A stretch of DNA of 57,135 bases, the filler included, from Sluysia triapertura (Eukaryota), in the NCBI GenBank assembly GCA_046118255.1. It is 4 parts of 4 records of this genome, joined end to end, with 100 filler letters (N's around TTAATTAATTAA, not from the genome) between each part and the next. Parts side by side here need not be neighbours in the genome. Positions count along the whole stretch, not along the records: positions 31,438 to 45,341 come from JBJNIA010014977.1; positions 45,442 to 57,135 come from JBJNIA010178918.1; 2 more parts are not named here. The stretch is one strand, 5' to 3'. Below, in pieces: positions 40,495 through 53,515 of this stretch. The notes below the pieces were generated by a model that was given only the letters and a program-made list of their open reading frames with translations, ran no database searches and had not been told where the DNA came from. How positions within the stretch are numbered: position 1 is the stretch's first letter; each line of letters starts with the position of its first letter. Both the position numbers and the translations under genes were made by a program.

Positions 40495-40780
40495 TTGGGT
40501 GCCTAGAACATAAGGAAAGCGATAAAATTGTAAATCAATAAATTTAGAAAGAAGAAACAATTCATATGAAATAATTGCTATTGTGAAAACGTTGTATCGT
40601 CCCTTAGAGTTGTGAGTGATAGGAGTTGGGTAGGAATCTAGAATTTCCTAGACGTTTCAATAAATTGTTAAATATTTCAGAATCGAATTGTGTCCCTTGA
40701 TCAGTTATAATTCTTTTAGATACGTTGAACCTCGACACTCAATGAGTTATAAATATACTGGCTATGGTTTCCATTGTAAC
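40495..40780 (-). mobile_element. Ty3/gypsy-type integrase core (rve) remnant
   Basis: VTMETIASIFITH*VSRFNVSKRIITDQGTQFDSEIFNNLLKRLG...SYHSQL*GTIQRFH matches the rve consensus W+SRFG+P..I.TDQG.QF.S...YHPQ.NG.+ERFH. Two stops; catalytic E appears as Q. Confidence 0.9.
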
Positions 40781-40789
40781 AGAGTTATG

Positions 40790-41310
40790 ATATATAGAAT
40801 ATTATAAACATCGTTGGAAATGAAAATATTTATAATAATGTTAATATATGCAAGACTTTATGCAAGTTGAGATGGACTTGAAAAACCCTCCGAAGCATTG
40901 GGCTACCTTTGAACTTGTGAACTTTCGGATCCTTTGGGACCTTGTTGACCTTTAAGTATTCTTGAATCATCGATAAGCATTTGAGACTTTCGAGTAACCT
41001 TATAATTAAATTAATTAAGAAAAGTGCATAACGTTTTGAATAACGTTTAAATGCGGAATGCTACGTTAAATTTGAAACTGTGTATATATTTGTTTTAAAG
41101 GCTAATTTTGACGAGTACATGTAAATAAAACCTTATTATTGAGCATAGTCAAATGATTAAATAATGAAAATATAATGAATTGAATTTGAAATGATTGCAA
41201 TGAAATAGGAGAATCTAGAAGTATATATGAAGTGTCTGTAGAGTGGTTTGTTTGAGAATAAGAACCTTTATCAAACCAATTCGAGAAACATTTTTGGAAA
41301 ACTATCCTTG
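40790..41310 (-). repeat. Repeat family D copy with a short collagen-like Gly-X-Y stretch
   Basis: The reverse complement aligns with 18031-18175 and 29305-29400, and translates KGQQGPKGSE near 40925-40957. Confidence 0.7.
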
Positions 41311-42359
41311 ATATTACTGATTAAATTAGTAAGTTTGTCATATATAGTGTGAACACTCATTTTTTTGAGTTAAAATTTATACTTAAAATATTAAGTTTAC
41401 GGTTGGTCCTTAAGGCCAATCGCAAAATCAATTCATAATCTAAATTCATTGCTCTTTAGTTGGCCCTTATGGTCAATTATAAAATCAGTATCATAAGGCA
41501 AAGTCTCTAGGCTAGACCTTTATTATAATTTAACTTTTATCATTATTATAATTTTATTATTTATAAAGTTTTAGCATTGCTCTGTTGAATTTTATAAATC
41601 TACAGTAGTTTTATTTTAATTTTATTTATTGTATAATAAAATTACAACCTTTTGAGTCTTATTTTATTAGAATTCTTTTAACGTGAATATTGTAAAATAA
41701 GTCGAGCTTATATTCTTCATATTATGATCAATATTAAGATCTAACCAAAAGTTAAAGACTTTTAAAGAACAATAGGTTCTATACAAATAGTATCAACTTT
41801 ATTTTTACGTTAACTCAAATATTACATAATCCAACGTTGGTCTTGATTATTTTAAAGCTATTTAGTATCAGTTGACATAAACGACGATTTTGCCTACTAT
41901 TGTTTAAGTTAAGGCAAAGAGTATTTTTTTTTCGATTAATCTTAATAATTGTTTTCACGTAATTTTACAGGTACGCCATTAATAAGTCGTATACTGTAAA
42001 CGGATCCTGAATGATAATAAATTATTTTGCTGTAAGTTAAGTTTAATGTATTAAGAAAAATCCCAGCAGTATTTTATGCGTGTTGTTTGATGATTTGGTA
42101 TGTTGAATTTTGTTAAATATCTTATTTATGATGAGCGTATTATTCTGTATTTGAATGTGTTTTTGTTTACAATTATAATTAATTTTGAGTTCATTAGACC
42201 GAGATAATAATTTTAATGGTATCTTGAAGCTACCTTTAAAATAGCTTTAGTAAAGAATTATAAGATTTTTAGTAGAATATTAAACTTTCATTGAAAACAG
42301 AAATAAAAAATTATCAAATCAAACTTACATATTACATGTAAATATAGAAAATTTTTGTT

Positions 42360-42580
42360 ATGAATTGTGGTTCCTCCAATTCCATCGCATGTTAAAATGA
42401 CATTCTCTTTTCATTTATTACCATTAGTTGATATGATAAACTTTGTACTCTTAAAATAGAGTTCAACAAGTCCTTAAATATTGATAAAAATTGAGTGAGA
42501 AATTTATCTGCTTCGAGATTCCTTTGGTATGCTTTTTTCCATGCAATGATTATTCCAGTTTTCAAAAAAAGTGTACTTCA
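42360..42580 (-). mobile_element. Possible gag N-terminal remnant
   Basis: FFENWNNHCMEKSIPKESRSR*I...GLVELYFKS, upstream of and co-oriented with the integrase remnant. Confidence 0.3.
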
Positions 42581-42771
42581 ATTTTTTCAATAATTATAAA
42601 AACAATTATTTATTTATTTTAATAATAATTTGTAATGATTATGGTAAAACAATTATTTTAGGAATAAATGTAAACTAATTATAATTATAAAGTAAGAGTA
42701 TAAATTTAAACTGTTATTATTTTCAAAAATTATTATTTACAGGAATGTTTTTTATTATTTTTACTTTACAT

Positions 42772-43050
42772 TGTGGTGTCCCAGTTATACATAAATTCTC
42801 AACAAATTCAATTACAAATATTCCATACACATTACAATCTCGCTACATTTTGTACCCACGATAACATCTAAAATAAAATTATAAATATATCCAAACTATT
42901 ATCAGGTTTGGTTCGCCGATATCGCCTCCCTCACCAGCATTAACATCGTATTATTATTGTATATTTTTCTTATTATATTATTACCTTTTACTTTTTAAAT
43001 GATAGAATACAAGATGAAAATATTTTATAAACATTATAAGTCTATTTGGA
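42772..43050 (+). mobile_element. Short divergent TGTGG-terminated module
   Basis: tgtggtgtccc at 42772, then a C/A-rich tract and tta repeats. Confidence 0.45.
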
Positions 43051-43059
43051 AACCATCTA

Positions 43060-45000
43060 AGAAATAATTCTGCCACCTTGTGGTGGTTTAGTGCGGTTGA
43101 TATTAATTAAAAGTTTTATTTTAAGCTTAAAACTACGAAAATACATTGACTTTTTAGTTTTATTTACTTTACTTGATTTTATACATTGTAAGGTAAAAAA
43201 ATCTTTAATCTTTTTATAAAATATCAATAAAGTTAACAAAGGTTTTATTAGGATCAACAGGAAATTTAACATTCTTTAATATTCTTGTATTTATAATGTT
43301 TTTCCAAGTATATTTCGACTTCGGTTATTAGAACGTTCTAAAAAACAAAAAAGAATGTAATTGTGCATCAATGTTAATAATAATGTTATGAGTAAGCTTA
43401 TTATTTATAACAGACCATTTCTGAAAATCATTTAGCCATTTGACCACAATTTTTATCAAGGAGTATGTACTTGAGATTTTTCTTCACAAGAGTCATCATC
43501 CATACATCTAATTATTTCTTTAACTGGGCATAAAATTGAGTAATGAGCAAGAATATCGACTGGAACTGTTGTCAACTTTATAAATATACCGAATGATTTC
43601 TCAAATTATTTGTTTTTGCACAACATTCTTAAATATTGACAATCAATTTTGGAAGTTACGATTGTGTGTTTATTCACTAAGTACGCTGTTTTAACTGATA
43701 TTAATGCGAACTTGTAATCTTCGTTCTGTGAACAAGCTTGAACTAATTATAAACTTGTAATATCAACTAAATCGCATATTCGATTAATGTCTTTATCTAT
43801 CCTAGGACTTGTGGCCGATTGTTCGTAGTCATTATCGTAATTGGAAATTGTCGAAGATGGCATGAGAAACATAAAATTAGATGCACCGTCATATACGTTG
43901 AATTGATAAACAGAAGGAATGTCTTTTGAATTACAGATGGTAGTGAATAATTCCTTATTATTTTTGCATTCGAACCAAGCAGCCTATAACTGTCATACAT
44001 ATCTTTATTTGTTTTCCGCACAACTTTAGTATCTACATTAATGTTTGGCAACTACTAAACTTTAATAATAAAAATGACCTTAAGTTTATGTTTATATTTA
44101 TATATTTATAACACTGTTGTTCTTAAAGATAAGGCGATTTTATACTTAAATCGCTATTACATACTTAAAATACTAACAATAACAATGTGAAAACAATAGT
44201 AAATGTATTATTTTGAGTGAAACAATCTATGTATACGTATTGTTGTCATTATGTTGTAAGTATGAAATTAATTGGGTTTTAATCGTTGTGATTTGGAGGA
44301 AAAAGGTTATTCTGGAAGTGTGACTCAACACAAATTGCATAAAGGTCTAATACATTACATATCAATTGATTAAAATTATTTGAAGACTCAAGCATATTAA
44401 GCTTTTTCTGGCTTCTAGATTTGTGTAACTTAGCACTTCTTATGATATTTATTCGTCATTTCTTCTGAATTGGTGACAAATTACATTAATATGTTAACAT
44501 CACATTCTTTTATTTATTTCTTTAAGAATGTCGTCATTTTCGCTGATGCATCTACATCAAAGCTTATATTAATTATTATCTCAATGTAAATTAAGATGAG
44601 ACGTTGCTTTATAACTGAAACATATAAAAATTTCTTTATGCTCAAAATTAATTCTTATAAAAATAAACATCGAAAATAATAGTAATAATCTATGCTGATT
44701 TCAAAAATATTATATTTAGTGGTTTTGTGTTCTTAAGGCGTTTGAATTTATCTCGAGTCTTATGATTTGATGATATTGTTATGTTTTTTAGCTTTATTAA
44801 CAAAATAGCATTATTCTTAAGACATTTATAATGAAGTTTCAAGAGTGAATATACGATACCGGAAGTAATTTTAATATTAGACTTAAAGTAACGGTTGCTT
44901 AAACCTCCACTAGAACTTATCAACATGCCTTCTTTGTTAGCCGAGCATCGTGTGGTCTTTCTTTCAATTTCCTTCAACGAGTCATAAGCCCTTATGTTTA
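43060..45000 (-). mobile_element. Internally deleted Ty3/gypsy remnant: gag, Zn-knuckle, protease and integrase tail
   Basis: In order: KEGMLISSSGG...RDKFKRLK (gag-like), CNLC..SH (CCHC-like, frameshifted), IKV**LPNINVDTK...TTNNRPQVLG (aspartic protease DTG and TANG...VLG echoes), INRTKP (HxxRLKP echo). Confidence 0.5.
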
Positions 45001-45589
45001 TAAATACAAATTTAATAAAATTAACTTTAAAATTATTAAAATTTTTATCATCATTTATTTTAGTTAAATATAATAAACAAATGATCCATACATCATTGTG
45101 TAAACACACAATCCTTAATTTATGTATGAACACAATATATGTAAGCACACAATCAATAATTTATGTATTAATAATTGATGTTATAGTTTATTTATCAAAA
45201 TTTAAAGGTCAGTACCAGTTATTTATCATTTATTTAATTTATTAATAATTTGGAATAATTCATTAATTTTATTTGAAAATAATTTATTAATTGGACTATA
45301 TATTATTTTAAGTAAGTTATTTTAATATAATTTCAAAAGTTNNNNNNNNNNNNNNNNNNNNNNNNNNNNNNNNNNNNNNNNNNNNTTAATTAATTAANNN
45401 NNNNNNNNNNNNNNNNNNNNNNNNNNNNNNNNNNNNNNNNNGCCGATGCATTTTATTTCTGCGTGCATTTTTAAATTTGAAAAAAACGCTCATGAATTAT
45501 TCCTCAACCCAATATTTTAAATAAATGAATAAATAAATATCAATTTAAATTTTTTAAACAAACAATTTATGATATTTCATGTAAACCAG

Positions 45590-45789
45590 GTGTCTTGTTT
45601 TATTGTATCGCGAACACAGAACGGCATATTAAATGTATGAAACTGTTACTTAGCAACAATGTAGACATCAACACAACTGCCAAAGATGGCAAAACTGTGC
45701 TTATATCAGCTTGTGAAACGGCCGATGAAAATGAAGAAATATGCTTGATGTTGCTTAAACAAGAGATAGATGTTAACATTAAACAATCT
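45590..45789 (+). CDS. ANKEF1: ANKEF1 (ankyrin repeat and EF-hand domain protein 1), internal exon
   Basis: cag| acceptor and |gtaagt donor. GVLFYCIANTERHIKCMKLLL...GKTVLISACETADENEEICLMLL matches the recalled ANKEF1 GVLFYCILPTKRHYRC...[23 protein letters not shown]. Confidence 0.85.
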
Positions 45790-46609
45790 GTAAGTACTAA
45801 TTTTATTTAAATTTATTATCTTGATATTTCATTTTGGATATTCTTTGGTTAAATTCTTAAGTTATACCATCATTATAATAATTATAAAAATAATTTTATA
45901 GTAATATAAGAATAATAAAAATAACAATCATACAACTTAAAATAAAACGAAAACCTCAAAGAAGCACCCTGAAAGTCAGAAACTAAGAAAGAAATATCTC
46001 AAAACACAGATAGACATTGTAGATTAACTCCTATATTACATCAAATTTATTATTAATATTATTATTTATTAATTAATAAAATCCATTAAATGTTTTTTCA
46101 GCTTTGATCAATGTTCAAGCTTCTTATAAGGTTAAATGTTAATAAAATACATATTACTATTCTCATTATTAATTAATTAATTAATTATTTAATCAAGTAA
46201 ATTAAAGTGTGTCATGTAAAATCTGCAAATAAGTATCAATCGAATAGTTCACATAAGGCTGCGTTGACTATCAGATAAAATTATATATTATATTTTATAA
46301 TTCTTATAAAACAAAATTAAATAAAAATTACTCAATTATTTATAAAGAGTAGAAACAATGAAAGAAAAAATATTTAAATGTTATAATTAAAGCTGTAATA
46401 ACCTTTAATTGTGTTAATAAATTATGTTACCTGGATTTTAACCCTCAATGTATCGAAGAAACTTAATTCTTAAATATAAATTTTAAATGGATTTTAAAAT
46501 ACTAATTTTGTTAAATAAAATGGGTACTGCCTTAAAAAATACATGGAAAGCCGGTTCTGATGCTAATAAATTAACTAAATATCTGGCGAACAAAAGAATA
46601 TTGTATTTT

Positions 46610-46710
46610 TTCCAAACTAAAAATGGCGACATAGTAAATAAAATCTTGAAATTTAAAATTTTCAAAATGGCGATTAGAGCGAAACTAAAAATTTTCAAAA
46701 TGGTGATTCT
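46610..46710. repeat. Three AAAATGGYG motifs in a short repeat remnant
   Basis: aaaatggcg near 46620 and 46664, aaaatggtg near 46697. The last two share the context aaaattttcaaaatgg. Confidence 0.5.
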
Positions 46711-47479
46711 CATTAAACGGATGCTAGTGCATTCTACTAGAACATTCTAGAATAAAAACAATAAAAAAAATTAATTTTTTTGGAAAATAATTATTTCTAA
46801 GTGATTTTAAAGGTTTTAAGTGACTTACAAATGATTTTGGGGGGTTTGTGATGACAACGTAACAGTATATAAGTCCAAAGTAAAACGAATATTGATCGAA
46901 TCTTTTGAATGAATTTTCAAAACTCCACGCAATTGTGAAACAATTTTCAGATTCTATTTAAACTCAGCAAGTATTCAAATATAATCAATTACTGATAATA
47001 AATTAAATAATAATGGTTTTTGTCGAGGTACCAAATGAATAAAATACCCAACTTCATAATTTATTCCTTTCACAGTTGGAATAAAACAGCTTTGAATATA
47101 AAATAATAAAAAAATATAAAATATTACGATAAAAACCTTATAATTTTAAAACTGGTGATAAAGTGATTGAATACGATTCGATGTTAAGTAAAGAAAAATC
47201 TCCAAATTTGCATAGGCAACGCAAAGAACCTTATGAATAAGGCTAAAAATAAGGCTAAATATAGGTTCTAAGAAAACTGAAAATATACATGAAAATAGTT
47301 GTGAATTAGCAGTTAAAGATTCTCCTTTTACTTAAGTTCTAAAATAAAAAATGATAAAATATGTTTTTTACAGATAAGTTCTTCGAAAATTCTTAATTTA
47401 AACTTAAAATCTATTTTTATTTTATTGATATTTATATTGAATAGTGGTTTATTTGTTCCAAATGAAATCTGTAAATTAA

Positions 47480-47810
47480 TACACAATGAATCTCCAATTA
47501 GAATCAAACGAAATGACTTTTTTACTTCTGGTGTCCTGGAAAAATAAATTCGCCGGTGCTTTGCTCCCATGTAAAGTTTTCCATAATCTGTGTAGTTTAT
47601 CATCATAAACGTAAACCTAAATTTACATTTATGAGCACGTCGAATATCTAAATCTTGTTATTGCGAATTGAATACTGAATATTTCTTATGGCTCAAAAAA
47701 TTTTAATTTATACGAATACGAAATTTTCTTTCCTTATCACTTTTATATTCATTTCGATGATTTTACTGCGAACGAGTTAGAAAGCTTATTTCATGCAAAG
47801 GAATAAAGCT
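47480..47810 (-). pseudogene. Possible papain-family (cathepsin L-like) propeptide fragment
   Basis: HRNEYKSDKERKFRIRI (I29 H..Y....E...R..I), DYGKLYMGAK, and a frameshifted NWR where DWR is expected. Confidence 0.35.
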
Positions 47811-48020
47811 CCTTCATAATGAAACTTTTAATAGTGTCATTTCAGTACTTCTATCATATTAGTGCTAATAACCAAATTCGAACTATAATAATATCCTTGG
47901 ATCATGTAACCCAAGATAGTGTAGTCATTCTTTCCATTGACTAATTTTTATAACAACTAGAAAAAAGATTGTCTGTACTCTTAATCAATTTTAAGAATTT
48001 AAGACCAAATCACAAATATA

Positions 48021-49560
48021 ACGGAAAACATCAAATAGTATGTGGACATCAAATAGTAGGTGTAACAAATAGGTGGGATCGAATAGCAGGTGGAGTCCGC
48101 TATTTGTATTTGTTTTTGTTTTAATAATTTGTTCTTGTCATCAACCCCACCATGACGAAAAGAACATTCAGAACATTCATAGCATTTATGGAGGTAGGCT
48201 ACACGGCCTATTCCGCAGCGAAGCACTTCTTCATTCGAGATAAAGTCGAGTGTGCGGATACAGTATTTAAACAATGATTCAATAATAAGGAAAGAATTCA
48301 AAAACAACAACCTAACATGAAAAGAGTATCGGGTGCGGGTAGAAATCCATCCTTAGGTGTGTTTGAGGAAATTACAGCAGATGAAATAATAGAGCTCAGA
48401 ATGATGAAAATAAAAGTTACAAGAGCTATTCAACTCGCAAGGGACGCCGATATTGAATTAAAAGCAACCGGGCCCTGGTTGGATGTGTTTATGTGGAGAA
48501 ATAATTTTTCTTTACGCAGAGCCACAAACTGTACACTGTGTGTATTGCTGACAAGGGAAGTTTCTTATATGAAATTTTTACAAAAACACCTTTCAATGAT
48601 TGAATTGTCGAAAACGTTATTAATGGATCGGACGTCTGTATATTTTGAAGACAATCGAAAGGTAACAATTGATGTAAAAGGCAGAAAGCACGTTATTATA
48701 AAGGCAACAGGATTTTCTTCAATGAGAGTTACAGCCATGATATCAATGTGGGCTGATGGCAGGAAATCGCAGTCTACAGTAATTCACAAAGGTAAGCAGA
48801 CGAATGAATTCAAGATGGACGGGGTTGTTTATAGCGTTTCCCAAGATAAAGCGTGGATCAATCAAGATATTGTTGTCAAATGGATTGACCTGATGTTTCC
48901 AAGGATTGACTATCTGAAGGAAAGTGTATAGTGTGGGATTCATGAGGAGCCCACGTATCCGAAAAGGTTAAAGATCACTTTGGAAAGAGATATATTTTCA
49001 TCATATTTTCAAGCGGGCGATATTGGAGTGAATAAGGAATTTGAGGATAACATTTTTGAAAAGATAAACCAATGGAAGAACTCGAATTTCGCTCAATACA
49101 CAAGAGCCGGTAATCCCAGACCGCCCGGACATGACGTCGTGAATTCTTGGATTAGAGTGTTTGGAAGGAACTATCCATCAACAACATTCAAAGATCAATC
49201 AATGCAGTAGGATTTTCTGTAAATTATTCTGATTTATATGGTGAAGCTTTCGTTAAAAGGTATCTATCGGAAGTTAATGAAGACAATAACTGCAGCAACA
49301 ACGAAGAAATGCTCGATGATGATGAGTTTGTTATTATTGATGAATAAACGTCTTTGTATTTTGTAATCTTCTATACAAAAGATATTTTTCTACCTAAGAT
49401 TTTTATTGTTTAAGAATAATTTCTGTTAAATACAACTTTATTTTATTGCAATTTTTTCTGACAGCATCGAATAATAGGTGTAATCAAATAATATGTGCAT
49501 TTTTTTTAAAATGCACCTATTATTTAAATAGTATGACACTTACTATTTGATGTTTTCCGT
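48021..49560 (+). mobile_element. pogo/Tigger-family DNA transposon with both ends intact and a decayed transposase
   Basis: Perfect 20-bp TIR ACGGAAAACATCAAATAGTA / TACTATTTGATGTTTTCCGT flanked by TA on both sides. CENP-B-like KAT.PWL..FM.RNNFSLR, DDE motifs MD(R)T, VWDS..AH and QAGD; stops and frameshifts. Confidence 0.92.
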
Positions 49561-49927
49561 TAATTTAACTAATAAAAACTTTAAATTATCACACGAAAAT
49601 AATCAATTAACAATTTACTTTCAAAACTGATTATTACCTACTTCTAGAGCAAATAATAGCACGAAGATCAAGTTAATTACAATATTTTCGTTCATCTTAT
49701 CAGTTATGGTTCTTATTAAATAACTATATTATTTTCTTTCATCTTTTTCTTAATACTAACAACAAAATACCTGCATGGATTCTCATAATGGAACATCATC
49801 GGTTCAAATAGGGTTTTCAATAAAATGTCACACCATAATTTACATACATTATAATTACTAGAATGATTGATATTGATTTTAACAATCATGTTATTAAACT
49901 AATATTTATCTAAATATTATATTATAG

Positions 49928-50134
49928 GCAACAGGTAAAACAGCCCTAATGGCAGCATCTGGTGCCGGAAAATCCATTAAAACGGCATCACCAGTAGTAT
50001 CTGCTTGTTTACGACTTGGAGCTGATCCAAATGATTTAGATCGTCACGGAAAAAGTGCAGTTCATTATGCAGCTAAATCCGGTAATTTTCGAGCTTTAGT
50101 AGCATTAAGAGCATTTGGGGCAGAACTTAATTTG
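49928..50134 (+). CDS. ANKEF1: ANKEF1, next internal exon
   Basis: tag| acceptor, phase 0, compatible with the 45789 donor. ATGKTALMAAS...GADPNDLDRHGKSAVHYAAKSGNF matches the recalled STGRTALMEAS...HAAHFAAKGGF. Donor |gttaga at 50135. Confidence 0.85.
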
Positions 50135-50546
50135 GTTAGACAATTTTTTCTTATTTTCATAATCATTTTAGTTTTAAAATAATTTTATATTGTGAAAAAT
50201 TTTATTAAAATGTAACATATATCGATTAATTTTTGAATACGGAAAATTGGGATTACTTTAAATAACGAGAAATTAACGACTTTTATTACTTTTTGTAATG
50301 AATTGATGTTTTGTTAAAGAAGAAAAATATAGTCATATTATTAGCAATATTCCAACTATTTTTGCATATTTATTGATAATTACACGACAAGCTCTTCGGA
50401 ATTATTCATTAATATTTTCAAAATTAACTGGTAAATATTTAGAACAAAGATATAGTCTAAAATTTATATAACATATTTTGTTTCTTGATTTAATTTATTA
50501 TAAGTTAAATGTACTCTTTCGTTTTTACAAAATTTCCTTTAGTTCT

Positions 50547-50790
50547 TGTAGTGTTTCAACCACGCGCTGTAATCCCATTGTCGTTCTCATATAAATTCAC
50601 GCAACTTATAATTCCACATATCACCTCTTCAGCTTACGCAATACAAAAATCCTACACTAAAATATATTTAAATTATTAACCGTTAAATTTGCCAGCAATT
50701 ATATTACACCACATGAACGTCACACATTATTAATTCATTGTACTCGACATAATTCATAAATTTTAAAACGTCTGGTCACAAAATTGTAAT
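50547..50790 (+). mobile_element. Short divergent module (tgtagtgtttcaacc terminus)
   Basis: Terminus-like motif, tgtcgttctca shared with M3, and a C/A-rich tract. Confidence 0.45.
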
Positions 50791-50919
50791 GTTTTTAAGT
50801 CAGTTAACTTGTTAAATTTATAAAAATTTTTTAGAATTTTAAAATATAAAGCTTTTAGCTTAATATTTATTATACAAGTTATTTTTAAATTAAAAGAAAA
50901 ATGACAAAATTCACTAAAT

Positions 50920-52300
50920 CTATTCATCATTAAGTTTAATACATAAATTAATGTTAAATCTTCCAAAATATGCTATTTGAAATATTTGTATGTTCCTGAA
51001 TCTAAAATAAAAGACAAATAATAAAAATTTGTTATGAGATTTATAAATTTTTACTTTATTTGGATCAGAATCGTTGATTTCACATAAGAAATTTGTCTTC
51101 GGGCCAATTTCTGTATTGATTAAATTATTCGCCGCAGAGAATAATAATTGTTCCAATCTGCTTTTATGTGATGTTGGGAAGCTGCCGGGGAGTGTTGGTG
51201 CTTGAAGTTGGCTGATAGTGTGTAAATCTGCATGTAGCTCCAAATTTTAGACATTGGCCGTTCTGATTAGATATTATGGGACAAAATATCCCAAACATAT
51301 TAACAGCATGATTCGATGGCTATATTGTGCATCCTCAGGATAACTTAAAACATTATTTTGATGGTAAGTGTTTGACTCGTGCATCGAATCCAGCACCATT
51401 CTGTCTTTATTTGATTGTTTTATCTTTTCAGCTATGGTTTCTTTTGTAACTTTAACATATAGACTATGATCAGAGACGTGCGAATAAATATTATAATTGA
51501 TTAATACTACATCAATTCTTTTCGACTTAATTGCTTCATAAATTAATTCTTTCACATCTTTGTGATCCGTTTTATGAACTTCTTTTACAATTACATTAGT
51601 CAACATACTACAAAAATCTATTATGTCTTTTAACCTATCTACACCAATATGAACTGCTTTATTTATTGAATCCAATAAAGCTTCAGCTGTTTTATCAAAT
51701 TCAGTCATTGTATCATTTTTATAGTCACGTTTATTATCATAATCTTGATTAATGCTTTCGTTTGAACTTGTATAACCGTTCTCAATTTCATTATCACGCT
51801 TACTTGACTTATCGTCGGATGATTCCGAAATTATTATATGAAATTTATCCACCAAAGATTTTCCAATACCATGATATTTATCTATATTAATTAGGTTCAT
51901 TCCTGTAAGCATAATAATCGATGAATAATGTAAATTTGTTGTGGATGTAAATATCAAATTATCTTATAAATATTGATCTTTTCGAAATATTTTGTAGCAG
52001 GTATACTGATGCAGCCAAATTTGAATTACCAAATTTATAGTATTTTCTTTTAATTGTTTAGAACGAATATTGTATTTCAATGCATATTCAACTAGATACA
52101 CTAAACATTGAATGTCACAGAAATATTCGGTTTGACGAACTATATGATCAACGAATTTTTTAAAGTTTTCTTCATCTTGTGGACAATTACTAATTTTAAT
52201 ATATGATTCGGTTTTACAATGATTTTTGAAATAATTCGAAGATATTGATAACGACAAATTGTGAAGATTAAATTTTTGATAATTCACTCTTATCACGATA
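50920..52300 (-). pseudogene. BTB/POZ-domain gene in one reading frame broken by three in-frame TAA codons
   Basis: IRVNYQKFNLHNLSLSISSNYFK...IKI...DEENFKKFVDHI...LVEYALKYNI fits the BTB consensus. Track ORFs 51964-52296, 51274-51957 and 50920-51243 share one frame. Confidence 0.7.
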
Positions 52301-52349
52301 TTTTAAAAAATTCACGTTTGAAATTACTGTTTACTAATTGTAGTCTAAT

Positions 52350-53060
52350 TATTAACAAACAAAGAGACTTATATTAATTGTCTGTAGTGAAAAAGCAGAC
52401 AGTTATCACAAAATTTTTGTTTGTCTGTACTTTTAACGATAATCTGCGTGTAGCATTATTCAATTTTTTAATGCAATATTCATGAATTGTCCTTATTGGC
52501 TGTCTAACCAGGGTGATATAAACAATGAAAAGAGTTATTCTGATTTGCCAATAATATACTGAAATTTATATCATGTTGAGAAACCGACCACTATCAATGA
52601 TGACAACACTTTATACCTAGCAACTCATAGTGTCACCATAGATATTGGCAATTAAATTAGCAAATTGATAAATGAAAATAAAAATGGTGATAATAATAAC
52701 AACAATGATGTTATTAATATTATTTAAATACATAAATCTTTTAAAATTTATCTTAATTATTACATGATATTTCTTTTGATTCCTTTAAACTTCTCAACAT
52801 ATTTTAAAGTCAAAGATGATGAAAATTAAGAATAATAACAATAATAACAAGAACAACAATGTTATCGCTATTATTATAATAAATACATAAAGTTCTTAGA
52901 TTATTTAAAACATAATCTTTCCTTATACTCTTTAATATTTCTTACACATTTAAATTGTTAAATTAGACAAGCCATAAAGGATTATAAATTTGTGATATTA
53001 CAGCTTAATGTTACGTATTTTGGATAAGGTTTTAAGGTGTAATAGTGACGCTAATGTGTT
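52350..53060 (-). mobile_element. Module M6 (internal landmarks present; TG terminus not found)
   Basis: attggctgtctaac near 52495, tatcaatgatgaca at 52592, taa-rich tracts, aaatacataaa twice (reverse complement of the shared tttatgtattt landmark), then a G/T-rich tract. Confidence 0.6.
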
Positions 53061-53515
53061 AAATGAACACCTTTTTCGTAAAATTACCTTTTTTGTCAAA
53101 AGTTGTTTCTTTTATTAAAATTAAGTTTTAACTAAAATTTACCTATTAATTAAAAGTATATATTAATTAAAAACAATAATTTAATTAAAAATTATTAATT
53201 AATTAAAATTTTGTTTTAATGCGTCATCATTTCTGCATTAATTTCTTTTATTACTTTTATTATAATTTTAATTTTAATATTAATTTTAATTTATAATTAT
53301 ATTTTTCAATTTTGATTTTTGTATTTTTATTTTTTATATTTTTATTTGATTTCAAAAAATACTATATAATGACTTTCTGCAATTTTCTAAAAAGTATATT
53401 CGTATTAGTGCTCAGATGATGTATATTCACGATAAAAGTTATTGAGATTTTTATTTCAAATATTATGGGTTTTCTTATGCAAATGTTAAACAGATTCAGA
53501 ATAGATTACAATATT

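Noticed and set aside
50920-52296. TAA stop-codon reassignment explaining in-frame stops
   Set aside because: The GPCR ends at TAA, the intact exons contain no internal stops, and other fragments carry all three stop types plus frameshifts.
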